Shown in pieces: positions 14,191-27,304 of a stretch of DNA of 64,000 nucleotides. Made by a program: the position numbers and the translations under genes. The stretch comes from the human T2T-CHM13v2.0 reference genome, Homo sapiens. Under the pieces are notes generated by a model that saw only the letters and a list, made by a program, of their open reading frames with translations, was not told the DNA's origin and ran no database searches. Where the stretch lies: NCBI RefSeq assembly GCF_009914755.1, contig NC_060938.1; one strand, given 5' to 3'. The stretch's first letter is position 1; every line of letters starts with the position of its first letter.

Positions 14191-17049
14191 TGATGGGGGA
14201 GGGGAGAGAGGGTAGAGCCCCTGGAAGCTATGCAGTGGCCTTACAGGATGATTTGGGATAGGAAATGATGCTACTTTTTTGCTCTGAATCCATTTTTGGA
14301 TGTTGGTGGTATTCACAGGTTGGATTGATTGGGTTTAGGAAGTATTGTTTAGAATATCTACAAATGATAATGTGTATGATCATTGCTTTGGTAGAACATC
14401 CTTAATTTTAATCTCTCTTCCTCTCCCAGCCCCTCTCCTGAGTATGTCCAGAATTTTATCAAGTGGTTTCTTCTTGGTTCTCTTAGTAGGAAGAGGGCAC
14501 AGAACCCTGTGTCTTGGAGGGAACCCAGCTTGGAGTCAGCTTCTGCTGTATGTCAGGGGCAGCCTTGGAGCAGGCTGGAGGGCCCAGCAACCTCTAGAGT
14601 TTGGAAGCTGGATGTTCAGCCTTTTTGGGTGGAATACTGTATAGGTGTTTTTCATTTGTAAGATATACATACAATGAGGGGCATAGGGTAGCATTTTGAA
14701 GTTTGATGAGTGGGGAAAGGCTGATTGGAAGGGTAGATAGATAGGCTAAGACAGCTCATAGCCTCCGGGATTCCACAGCCTCAGGAGAAATGACCAAGGA
14801 GATAAACAGTGCAGTGCAGCATTGCCAGCGTTGACAGAGGAGCATTGCGGACCAGCAGGTGACTGCATAGGCTTCATACTCTCCTGAATAGCCTTTTAAA
14901 TTTTAATTTAGATATTATGGGCATCTTAGCAAATTTCACTTAATAGTCACACATGTAGTTGGTCAGTAAGTAATAACTGCTTTTTTTGCTTAGCTCTAAG
15001 ATGCTGGCATATGTCACTCATGAATCACACAATTGAGCTTCTCTTATCTATGTGACAGCCTCACTTCTAATAGAGATAACATCAGAATAGATTTCTATCA
15101 GCCTTATTTGAGACTCAGCAATTGAAACTTCTCTTTCCTATCTTCAGAAGTGTATTTGCTCTCTAGGAAATAATTCTGTAGTGATAGGTTTTAATGTGTC
15201 TTGGAGGCTACACCCTTTTCATGGGCACCAAGGGGTTTGGACATTTAAGGATAGACAACCCTATACTGTTGCTGTAGCGAAACATAACACACAGGAAAGC
15301 CCGCCGGGGGAGCATGCTGCTGAATGCATTGTGAGGGAATAGACTTTGATGTTCTTTTCACATGATTTGGGGTTTCCTCAATAGGTAGGTAGAAGGAAAT
15401 AATACTTGTCTTTTAGATTTAGGACTTACTTATAGCTTTTTCAAAACATCATTAGTTCATGAACCAAGACTAAAAGACATGATTAGAAACAAAATAACTT
15501 AAATCAATTGTTGGAAATTCATATTTGGTGTTCAACTGTAATACTATTTTAATTTAACTCTACATTTTGGTAGCAAAACACATGAGTTAAGGAGCATTTT
15601 AATTTTAAAATTAACTGAGTCTTGAGAATCAGAATGAGTCTTGAAGTATAGCCCAGTTTTGCAAATCAGATTTTTAATTGAACTCACTATTGTTTAATTA
15701 TGCTTGTCAGGTCTTGTCACTGTCACCAGCGGTGTGGAATTTAGGTACCTAATGCTGTGAGCTTTAGTCAGTAGCTTAAAACAGTGTCACTGCAAAGTAA
15801 TGACACTACAGTGGGTTATAGAAATTATGCAGTTTTATTTTGTAGTCACATTTCACGTTGTTATGTGGTGGAATATATATCACATTTAAGCTAATAATAT
15901 AATTTTATTTTTATCTGGGAAATACATGCCAGTACTACTCAGGAATTTGCTTAATCTGGCTTATATTTTGCAGAGATGTCATCTCTAAGCTTTCAAGGTA
16001 GCATTTAATGTTGCTTTATTTTTTAGTCAGCATTATAGAAAAGTAAATACAAAAAACTTCATGCAGTTGTTTATGTATTTGCTTTTTGTGTACCCATGAA
16101 ATCATCTTTTATTTGGTTCAGATTTTACATTGTGGGGCTTCTTGGCTAGGGAGTCAGGCAGAGGCTATTCAAGGTCAAGGGGAAAATACATGTGTGATTG
16201 TAGTGTTATTTGTTAAGGTTCTTTTCTGTTTTATGTTTTCTATCTTCTAAGCCAGTCGTGAAGTTACACTGTGTTCAATCTTGTTCTCTAGGTTCATTTC
16301 CAGGTTTATTATTAAAGTATATTAAACTTCTTGTTCAGCAAAGTGTGAGCTCCTGTTGTTGGATACTTGAGCAGCACTGTTATTTTGTAAAACACACATA
16401 CTCATACCCAACAAGACATAGGCTGTTCTGTGCTGCAAGCACAGACACTCCTAAAGGCAGATATTTCACAGGATTTGTATCATTTTTGTCAAATTCTAAC
16501 TCTCTTATTTGCAGTGACCGAGTTTTCATACATTTGATGATAGTTTTTGAATGAACATTGCTATGTGGTTATAAACTGATGGCAATGGCATTCATTTTAA
16601 CTTAATTCAGAGACAAGAAAAGAGCAAAACTCTGTAGGCAAAGGCTGTGTTCAGAGTTCCATTGCTTTCAGAATTCATGTCATCAGGGCTCAGTGTTCTG
16701 GCTCCCCTGAAAAAGCTAATTCAGTTTCTTTACTTACCCCACAGACAGTTGGCTGTGTGCCACGAGCTGTTGACAGTTACTGCTTCTCTTGAGGCTGATT
16801 AGCATGCAATGTTACACTGTCCCTAAGAATAATTTTGCTTACCTATATAATAATTCAAGAATTTAATCATTTCCAAACATGTCCTAAATTATTTAGTCCT
16901 TTGTCAGCATCTCAATTGAGTTCTAGAAGTTATTTTTTTTTAAACATTCACTGTGAGTGTAATAGTGTGTTAAATACATTAAGGAAAGTGTTTCCAGACT
17001 GTTGTTTCTAAAAATAGATTTCCTTGCATTCTTTTGCTACATTATAGTT

Positions 17050-17200
17050 GCATCTCTCATCTGAGGATAACAACAGTCCTGTGAGGCCAAAATATTAGCT
17101 GTGTCTCCCCTTTTCATAGAGGAGGAAACGGAAACTGAGGCCAAGGTAGGGTAAGGATTTTGCCCAGATTCACATAGCTGCCTGTGGTCTGCAGCCCAGC
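17050..17200 (-). mobile_element. MIR fragment
   Basis: gaggaaacggaaactgaggccaagg...tttgcccagattcacatagct. Confidence 0.65.
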
Positions 17201-17829
17201 GCCCCTGCCCCCTCCACCTCCTGGCAGGCCTGTGGGCAGATCCTGTCTTCTGGGAGGGGAATGGGCATATAACCAGAACACAGAAGAGGATTATAGTGTC
17301 TAACCAACCATCATCAGGTGTGCAGAGACCATTAATCTCACAGAGGAGATTCGTATTCTGCTGTTGTAAGAGGAGGACTCCTCTGGCAGTGAGGGGAGGA
17401 CTGCGTCTGGCTTGGCCAGGGGTCCACCAGAGGTCCCCCGTCTGCCACTTTCTGAGTGACAGCCAAGCCTGGGTCATTCTTTTCACCCCACTCACTGCAT
17501 CAGGAAACTGTGTAGTTTTTGAGGTTTGCATTAAACAAACATTTGATACCCTTTCATTCTGCTCCACATTAAAAGCTAGACATACATTTCATTATAGGAA
17601 AAGCAAAAACATGTAATAGAAAAAGGCAGTTTATTTCTTATTTTCTAACCTTTGGGATTTTAAAATTTTGACAGTCATCTCTCTGTTCTCTCCTCTCTTG
17701 GCCCAACGTGCTGTCACTTCTCCGTGGTAGGATTGCCTTTCCCTTCTGCCTGCTCCATACAGTGTTACACTCACCAGCTCGCAGATCTGTTAGCAAATAC
17801 TGTTTAGTCAGGCTCTTGCTCAGCCAGCT

Positions 17830-18072
17830 AATACAGAGCTACTATTTATGAAGGGTCATTCACCAGGGAAGCACTCTGCAAACTACTTTTCACATAGGAC
17901 CTCCTGTAATTCCTCCAACCACCTTATTAAGTTGGATATTCTAACTATTCCTATTTTATATATGAAAAAATTGAGGCATAATGAGGACACCTGCTCAACA
18001 TCATGTAGCTAATACGTGATAAAGCTGGGGTTTGAGCCCTGTTTTGCTGGACTCCATAGCCAGTGGTCTAAC
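17830..18072 (-). mobile_element. MIR SINE
   Basis: cctattttatatatgaaaaaattgaggca...gctggggtttgagccc...ctggactccatagcc. Confidence 0.7.
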
Positions 18073-18602
18073 AAAGAAGAGACTGATTTTGTCCCTTCCT
18101 TGGCCAGATTAGGTAGTTGTGATCTATCATTGTTTTCTGGCACATCTCCCTTCAAATAATGTAAACCTTTTCTAAAAAGTAGCTAGCAGCTTTTGCACCT
18201 AGAGAATTTTTTTTGTCTGTTCTGATGTTCAATTAAGCAGACTAGTCTAGTGTTCAACATATAAGCCAAGAATTGCACTTTCTTCTTATTTATGCCTTAC
18301 GGCACTAGAGCAAAGAAGTAGTTCCAGGTGGATCTTCTGATAATAAAAATGATTGGTGTTGAGACCAACATTGTTACTTCTTTACTTGTTGCCAATTTTT
18401 ACACATTTGAGAACTCTGTAGTTGACTGTGTAGTCAGTTGCATACAAGTTAATGTCTTGTGCGAGATTTTAAGGTTAATTTCTTCCTGCTTACTCTTCCA
18501 CCTCCCAGATGTTTTCCTTTATTTTCCCTAGGAGATGGAAATGGAAATGTTATTCTTCTTTATTGTTGTGGGTAATGCCTTAAGAAAAATCAGATCCAAG
18601 AC

Positions 18603-18666
18603 TGTGTGCATGCACGCACATGTGTGCGTGTGTGTGTGTGTGTGTGTGTTTGAGAGAGAGAGAGAG
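18603..18666. repeat. Compound (TG)n-(GA)n microsatellite
   Basis: About 46 nt of alternating purine/pyrimidine, then (GA)7. Confidence 0.95.
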
Positions 18667-19068
18667 GTTGGTGGGGAATGAAGAGAGAGGATTTAATTGC
18701 CAAGATGATTACAGATTAAGCTACAAAAAGCAAGAGAGCTATTGGTCTGAAACTGTGTTGTGTCTGTAGAGTGCACTCTGATTCACAGAAAATTTTGTCA
18801 ACATTAAATGCGATGGGAGTTGAGTTTTCAGAGGTGGTAACTATGAAGGGGTTGGTTATGTAATGCTGTGCACATATTAGAGCAACAGGCAGTGCTCTCG
18901 CACTGCTTTTACCTGGATTTATAAAATGCCCAGTCCTTATACTCTTGAGCATGACCAGATCCATTTCCTGTTTTTTTCACATTTCTTTTTCTAAGAATAA
19001 ACAGAATCCTAGGAAGGGAAGGTAGCTTCAAATACAAGCCATTTTAAGTATCCTGGTCTCTTAATTCC

Positions 19069-19244
19069 TTTTTTATTTTTTTTTGGATGACTTGAGGACA
19101 ATAAGGTGTTTGTTTATTTATTTATTTATTTTGGTTTTAAGGAGCAGAGAGTTTAATAGGCAAGAAGGAAGGAAGAAGACAGAAGGAAGAAGCTCCCCCG
19201 TACAGAGACAGATGGGGGCTCCAAAACTGAAAGAGGAGATCCCC
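19069..19244 (-). mobile_element. Retroposed ERV1-LTR R-region RNA (MER61/LTR9-group-like) with two A-tails and TSDs
   Basis: Minus strand reads GGGGATCTCC...GCCTATTAAACTCTCTGCTCCTTAAAACC, then AAAATAAATAAATAAATAAACAAA, a 24-nt unique piece, then A9TA6; TSD ctcttaattc at 19058-19067 and 19245-19254. Confidence 0.8.
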
Positions 19245-22215
19245 CTCTTAATTCTTAAACTATTTTTAAAATGAATGTTGACTTTCCTGAAGTTATAAAC
19301 TGTTTTTAACTCTTATCAGTCCTCCTTGATTTTCCTTGTTCAGGTTCCATCTTTTTAACATCCTTTCCTCTCGCAGTAACTACAGCATGATTTGTTTTAC
19401 CCCTCAGCACTCAGCTATCACAGTCATAGCTCTCTCAGCTGAGCAACCTCTCCCTCAATCTTACAAACAGTAGGCATCCACAAGGGAGTCAAAGAAAGGG
19501 TCTCTGAGCTGCCACACACTCATAAGAGGCCTCCTTAGTCCTACTCCCAGGACACATTTGTTCTTGTTTATGGATGATTCTTAACTGGCTGATTATCCCA
19601 TTTCTATTTCAGTAGCCAATTTAAAAGCAGAAAATTAGATGTGGAAAATTGTACTTAGGTTGGTAAACTGAAAAATGACACGACATGCCTTGACTCTATT
19701 CAGTTAGAGTCATTTATTTATTTTTACATGTTTGTAACTTGCCCCATTCCACAGCGGACTTGAGGCAGCTGACATTCTTACAGAAAGAGTCCCTTGTTAT
19801 GTCTTTAATGGATGCAGCCTCCTTAAAACAGCTCAGGATTGAAAAAACTCTTGTGCAGAACAGTTAATTGAAGTGTTCTGCTAACATTTTTTGTTGCTTT
19901 ATTAATGCTTGCCCTGGGAATCATATCATAAACAGTTTGGGTAAACAATAAGTTAACAACACTGAGAATTTTCCTGTTTCACCAAACGTGTCTTATCTAC
20001 AGGCTGCAGACATTCAGCATTACCTTGTCCCTTGCTTCTGTTCTCTTTATAAAGCTCTGGACAAGAGGCACACAACAGACATGTCCCAGCTGCTGACTCA
20101 GTGTGACAGAGCACTGTTGCCAGTGCCCAGGTGACTGCAGTGGGCCACACTGCAGGATTGATGGCTTAACTCTCTGTAGCTTCCAAATCAGATTATTTTC
20201 ATTTGCGCAAAGGCACACCAGCAGGGGTGTGTACTGTTTGACGCACAGATGACAATCTGGCCGGAAGCTAGTACTTGGGGAAAAAAATAAGGGAAAGGAA
20301 AATGATAGTTTTGAAACAACATAGTTATAAAACACAGCATGTATCTATATTTTTCTTCTGAAAAATGTGAAAATTTTCACCCTGGAAAAATACCCAGAAA
20401 CCAAGCAATAGCTTCCCTGTGTTTTGGCATTTATATAACAGTTTGTATAAAAGGACAACGCTGATTCCAATACTACGTGTGATTGTGCCAAAAAATCATG
20501 AGATGAAACAATCAGTATGTTTGCACTTTTGGTTTGAAATTTTTTAAGAGTATAACAATGAAAAGCAAAAAAGGAGGGAGTGAAAGAAGAATCTGCCCTA
20601 CAGTTGAAGAGCACAGGGGAGGTGGCATAGATTGAAAAGCCAGGTGTCTGCACAACCAATGGTTAGAGAACCACCACCAAGATGAGGAGGTGAAGGAGAT
20701 TAGCATGAAGATGGGGAGTAGGAAGGAGGAAATGCCGCGAAATGGTGCCAACTTGTTTGACTAAAATTCAGAATCCTACAAGGACTTCCAGAAAATATAA
20801 ACAGCTGCACAGTTTGAATTATATACTTCCTACATTTCTTCAGTTTTCAGAAGCACGTGATTCTGTCCTTTCAGCAGTGCTGTGAAGGAGAGGAGGCACA
20901 TAGCCCTCGTTTATAAGCCAGGTGACCGTTAGGCCTCATGACATTCTGTGCCATGGACAGCTGTAACAGACTGGAGACAAAGCCGTGCCTCCACCTGCAA
21001 AACTGGCCATGCTTTCTAGAAAGCCGAAGTTGCATTTCATAGACTGCACCAGAGGCTGTAATACCCACTTCTAAAAAGAACAAACACTTTGTGAGGCACT
21101 GAATTTAGGCCATTGGGAAGGAGAGGAAGGGCCTACCTAAGGAGGATCTGTGCCCAGGAAGTGTTGCTCAGTCCCTGAGACATTAATAGGAGGGAGTTCA
21201 GGTAAGGCAGCCAGTGGTCACTTGGAGAAAGGAGGATAAGTGGGTTCGAGGCATCAGCTTGCCCTGGACCTGCAGTGTTGGCAGCAGGTTCCAAGGATTT
21301 GCCTGCCAGCTGTTGAGGCTAAAAATCTAGGAATAGGCACATGGTTTTCCAACCCCCTGTACTCCACCTAACACAGTGCTCAGGAATAATTATTTCATTT
21401 TATAAAACAAACTGCAGAAGACTTGTATTTGCCAGATCCCAAATTGGAAATGAGTGTCTTCTCTAAAACTCCTTTGTCTGACTGCCAAGGTAACTAGACT
21501 TATCACGATGAGAGACTAAGCCAAAACACACACCCATAGGGGCCCAGCATACTGTTTTAAGAGTTCTCCCTTTTTGTGTAGATGCTCAAAGGGAAATTGT
21601 ACTTACGGAAACCTTCAGCTGTCTGAAACCATCGGTGAATGGGTGATTCTATAGAGAAGAGTTTTATAAATAGTTGATAATTTAAATGTTCAAATTTTAT
21701 TTTAACCTTCTTTTGCATGGTTATGGCCTCCCTTGAGACGAATTGCTTGGTTCCTTTTGTGTGAAAGAGGGATAACAACCCTCAACTGGGAGAATACTGA
21801 TGAGCTTAGCATACGTATCCTGATAACATGTGACAGCCACGAGAGGAACTCCATGAAGTTTAGCTTCCTGCCTCTTGCCAGCCTCGAAGAGACTACACAG
21901 CAAGAAGTCCTTGACTTGAATAACAGTTATTTTGTGTTAAGGTAGATTTCCTCTATGCACAATGGCCCTAGGCTGCTATTCTTTTTTAGCTTTGGACTTT
22001 TTTTTTTTTTTAATAGTTTTTCCACCTCCTTTTCTTAGTTTTGAAAAAAAGTGTACTGATAAAAAACTTTACCAACTTCCTGCTGTATTATGCTAGAAGC
22101 TTTATCTGTGTCACCTCATTTAATCTTCATGGCAAGATGTCTTTTTCATTGGTCTGCATATGTGTGGCTTAATTAAATCATTTCGTAGCTGTGATTCGTT
22201 TTTTCCAAATTCCAG

Positions 22216-22353
22216 AAGTTGTTTTGCTGGATGTAGATCAGAAGTGGGAACAACTTAGTTCCCTTAATTTGCCTAAGGCAGATTTTCCTTAAGTCGCTAT
22301 TAAAAGTGCTCGCATTGTTAGGTGAACCAAGCGTTGAATGGTACTTTACAAAG
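22216..22353 (+). other. Candidate non-coding (5'UTR/lncRNA) internal exon, 138 nt
   Basis: Acceptor cgttttttccaaattccag|; strong donor AAG|gtaaga; unique sequence retaining several CpGs; stops in all three frames. Confidence 0.4.
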
Positions 22354-24829
22354 GTAAGAACATTAACATCTACCACTTAGTTGAAGCTCACCACGTGCCT
22401 GTGCCAGACACTGTCTGAAACCCTTCATTTATTTCCATTAAAACAGCTCTATTTGACTTAGAGGAACTGATATCATGCCTTAAAATGAAAAAAGTGTTTC
22501 ATCAAAGGCAATATGAAAATAATTTGTTTTGATGGAAAAACTGTCTTTTTAGTGCACAGTGAAAGCTTAAGAGGATAGGGAGCAGAGCCAGCTCTAGTTC
22601 GTACATATTAGAAAAGGATGCCCTCTCTGGGCAGACACTGCACAGGCTTGGTGAATGGATGGTCCTCTTGTGCCTCCGATTCTCTGACGCTAGGCTGTGT
22701 GGCGCAGGGAGCTGAGTGCAGGGTAGATTTCAGCTTCTTGTGCGCTGTTGTGCATTGCACAGCCTGGCCTAACTACATGGCAGCTGAAGTGTGTGTTTGC
22801 ATGTTGTAGGTGGGGTAGAGTGGGCGAAGGTGTTGATGGAGAAAGGGCAAAGGATGAACGAAAGAGAAGGGAACACGTACAGGACAAAATGATACCTTGG
22901 CAAATGGTGAACAATCGAGGACATTATTTGAGAATTGGGAAGGAGAGGAAGGGGTAAATGGCTGCAGCCGACCCCTGTTCAAGGCCTGTAAGGCAGTTTG
23001 GTCCTCCCAGTGACCCCTGATGCTCGTGCCTCCGTCCACCTCTACAGCCTGTGGCCAAAACCCAAAGGAATAAAGAGGGCCCTGGAAAACCCAAGCAAAT
23101 TGCACTATTCTCACCACCACTGCCGCTGCCAAGGGAGTCTTTCTTTCCTTAACCGTAACTCCCTCTCTGGTCTTAATTTCTAACTTCAGAGCTTAATAAT
23201 GCTGCTTCTTAAGGGGCAGAGGAATTCTTAGGCTCCCAGTGCTCTCTGGGAGAAGGACTTAGAGACACTGGGGGATGGTGTGAAATACTTTAGAGCTTTG
23301 ACATTCTCCCCCTTGACTCATATGGGGGTTCCCTGTCACTGAGTAGTATTCAGCCCATAGGTGGTGAGACCCAGCCCTTGGTCTCTGAAGACCATCCTGG
23401 TCTCTACTCGCATGTTGTCCTGTTCCCCTATGGCTTGCAGATGTGCAGAAAAAGGCCACAATTGTGGATTGGGTGCAGTCATAATAATAGGAAAGCAAAA
23501 TATGAAAGCAGATGTAGAGAGAGGAAAATCTAATTGTAAAAGAGCCTGTTTATAAGTTGCATACATGTCTTGATTATTTTTCTTCTTTTCATACTAGAAA
23601 ATATTTGATCATTTATTATTATTAACTCCATTGAGGGCCAAATGCAGATTTCAATACTGTGTTTAGTAACTCTCTGAAGTTGCAGAAGGGCAAAATAAGT
23701 CACAGTAGGTTTTTCGTTCATTTTTCTAATTTAGGCATCATTCACTCTAATTTCATAAGATTTGAATGCAGTTTGCTAAAATTTCAGAAGGAGATTAATT
23801 TACCAGTTCGTGTCATATAATACTTGTTTTCCCGTACCATCCAGCACCCATTTTGGCAAATAGAAATATACAAGGATGGTGGAGATCGATGTACTTTAGA
23901 GTGTATTTCTGAGAGCAAATGACTTCATAGTCTACAAAATAGTGGGGCAGTATAAATTCATCTTATGTGAAAATATGGATGAACATGGCTTTTAAAAGGA
24001 GAAAAGAAAGGAGACCGATGAATGTGTATATATACTTTTAAAAGCTCTGGTTTAGAAATCAGAACAGGTTCAGAAATATCCAGAATAATGCCTAGATGGC
24101 TTTCAATATTCATTTGAATGGGCTGATTTCAGGTGTCCATCTTCAGTTATAGGAATACTTGCTTCCATACAATGATTTAATACTGCTTGCAGACCTCATA
24201 GAGACGTGATTTAGACTCAGGGAAAAGCAGATTCTGGCATTGTTTACTCAATCTGTCTTGAATCTCATATCCCACCTGGTGGTGACTATGACCTAGTGTG
24301 TGGTCTGCACAGTTAATAAGTTGAAATCTTCTCACTTGGAAAGTCCATTGTGATTTGCCCTCTGGTGTCTTTTTAAAAACTCATTAATAGCTTACTCAGA
24401 AACTTAGCTGGTAAAATTGTTGCACTTGAGAAAAGGGCCATCTGTTCAAAGTTCAGTAGGGATAGAATTCTTACAGTATAATGTAAAGTGTTATGTATCT
24501 TTCTCTCCTTTTAGAAACTGAGCTCACAGACAAGTTCTACCCACTGCAGTTTGTCAGGATTTTTTAAATTATTAGCTCACAAAAGCAAATCAGAATTTAA
24601 TATATTTTTTGTGTAATAGTTTGATTTCTGTATATATACATGGAAGGAAATGTTTTGCTACATTTTTGCACGGCTTGTTGTATTTTAACAAGGTAATCTT
24701 TTTTTCACTGGACTTGTGAGACTCATAAAAATGTCAACACGTGAAGTATAGTTGAATTAAAATGCAAAAACCTGGCCCCCATAACCCTCTTCCTGTCTGC
24801 CTCAGCTCCCTTCTCTGGGTCCCCTCCTA

Positions 24830-25030
24830 TTTGGTACATAATCCTGCCATAGCACCAGCCACACTGCCCTGTAATTGCTGATAGTAATTACTAAGTGGTT
24901 TCTCCCCCAGTGCTCTGCCTCATTTGAAGTTCTTGGTGTGTGCACATAACTGTATGTTCAGTGGATGTCCCCATAGCCTACCGTAATGCTGGGTGCTTAG
25001 TACGCGGAGAGTGAGTAAATACATGTGCGT
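24830..25030 (+). mobile_element. L2 3' fragment
   Basis: tccccatagcctaccgtaatgctgggtgcttagtacgc...gagtaaat. Confidence 0.5.
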
Positions 25031-25821
25031 GTGCATATGTAATCAGTGTTTGGTAAGGATGAACAATGAGGATGGAGGTCTGACCCTGGTAAACAGGGAA
25101 ACGATGGGGCCCGTCCAGGAATTCCGAGCAGCAGCTGTGTGAACTTTGGACTTCAGAGGCACAGGCTGAGGTGGGGCATCAGGCTGCTGTTAGGAGAGCA
25201 GTGTTGGAGCGAGGCAGAGGCTGGCTGCTCCAGGAAGATTCCTGAGGTATCAGGAAGGTTTCTGAGAGCTCCGACTGAGTACAGCGTGTGAAAGAGGTAA
25301 GACTACCAGGAGTGATGCGACCACAAAGCTGTCAGATGTGGAGGATGAGGAGCCCGTGATTAGAGGGAGTTGGAATGAGGCTGGTACCACACCAAGTCCC
25401 TCCTGGAGCTCCCAGAATGATGGGAGATGGGGCCCACGTTGGGCTGAATGGAGCACATTTTCAAGTGAGGTCCTGTGCTAGCTGTGGGGGTGGCAGAGCC
25501 TGGGCCATTCTACTGGGGACACGCCAGGAGGGCTGCAGTGAGGGAAGGGGCAGGGGCAGCGGTCACAACGCCCAGCAGCATCACCTTTTCAGGAGTGGTG
25601 GTGCCCACTTTGGTACTTCTCCCTCGGTTTTCCTTGTCCTAGAGGAGGCAGAAGCCACCGAAGGAGAGCCTGGAGAAAACCTATCCAGAGAAGCCTCTGA
25701 CTAGGGGCAGCCCCAGAACCACTGCACAGCTGTCCTTCCATGGTCTAGCATGTCACCAAGGTGGGCAGGGGGTCCCTTGCTCCACTAGTCCCCATTCTGG
25801 TGTTTGGGGATATGTATGTCA

Positions 25822-25922
25822 TGTGGAAACTGAGGCACAGAGAGGTTGCAAATCTTGTGATAATATACTGTGAAGCCTGGATTTGAACTCAGTCTGGTTT
25901 CAGAATCTGTGTTTTTAACACT
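25822..25922 (-). mobile_element. MIR fragment
   Basis: ggaaactgaggcacagagaggtt...ctggatttgaactcagtctggtttcagaatc. Confidence 0.75.
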
Positions 25923-26002
25923 AGTCTGCACTCCCTTTCCCAGTGCAGAAACTGACTGCCAGAGTGAAGGTTGCCAAAGGAAGACCCAGCATACCAAACA
26001 GG

Positions 26003-26029
26003 AAAAAAAAAAAGAAGAAGAAGAAGAAG
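26003..26029. repeat. A-run/(GAA)n microsatellite
   Basis: A11 followed by (GAA)5. Confidence 0.85.
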
Positions 26030-27304
26030 TCAGGTCAAGTGAGCCTGAGTCGCTCTCATAGTTTGATTGAGACCCCAGGCTCACCTTGCTTATCTGACAT
26101 AGGTCTGACCCACCTGTCTCGTTAGCCCACCACTGCCTGACCCAGCAAGGATTTCGCTCCCAGGTTCTTGCACATGCGTGGCTAACCCAGGCCCAGGCTG
26201 CTTCTCCATTCCTTCCATTTGCTTTTCACCCCTGCCCACCTCACTGATGATCAGCCTCACTGGCCAGCCCACCAGTGCTGCCATCTGCTTCTTGGATGTA
26301 TTCCTTGCTGCCAGGCAAACCTTGCTTCCTGGATTATTTGGAGACAGAGAGGTGCTTTGTCCTTTTCTGGTAACAATTAATGACACAAAGGCAAGGTGAA
26401 AAGGCGCTGTGCTTTTTTTCTAATCCACTTGTATGGATTTCAGACCAAATTTTTAAATAAATGTACAGGTAATTAAGTATCCCTCAAATTGTATTGATGG
26501 GCATGTGTTTGCACAACAATTACTTTATGAAGTCCTAGTTTACCTTCCCCTTCCAGACGTAGATGCCATGGCACTTGTGTTAAGATTGGTAATATTCTGT
26601 GAGCTGTTGGAAACTTTTCGAATGTGCCCTTTAATTTATTTTACTGAAAAAGAAGTTTATGCCCTGGGATGTCTCCATTACAATGAAATGATATTTTGTT
26701 TGTTCAGGCATAAGTTTTGAAATTCTGGAGTACCTTGACTGATATTTAGTGAACTTTATATCTTCAGATATTAGCACTTTAAAAACTCATGTTTGGTGAT
26801 AATCAAATTTTGCAGAACATGTACCTTAGTAGGAATTACTCACATTAAAAAATGACTTTTTACTTTATGAAATACTCACCACAGTGTTTCTTTAAGTAGA
26901 AGGCCCCCAGGGCTCTAAAATTTGATTCCTCTATAAAAGTTTAAATGTCTGTGGCAATTTTCAGGAATGTGTCTATTATATAAAATGAAAACAAATTATC
27001 TAATAAAATATTAGTTATATTTTATTTTAAAGATAGTTACCAAGTTCTCCTCTTCCAGTTCCTCAACATTTCAGCCCAGAAGTCATTAGGTGGGCCTGGG
27101 CAAGGTAACTGTGTGTGTGGGGAGCGGGGCACTGGGCCAGGGCAGGCCAGCTGGGATGACTAGGTTTGGATGGCAGAGCTTGAGAGGGATGAGATGGGGG
27201 TGTGTGAGGAGTGGCAGTAGCTGCCCAACTCAGGGTGTTTGAGCCCACTTAGAGTGAGGAGAGTGCCCCACTGGGGCTGGGCCTGGTGGTGGCAGTGAAT
27301 GAGT

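Noticed and set aside
17037-17616. 176-aa (-) and 106-aa (+) ORFs
   Set aside because: No recognisable domain, the longer one runs into a MIR, and there is no exon structure; consistent with chance ORFs.
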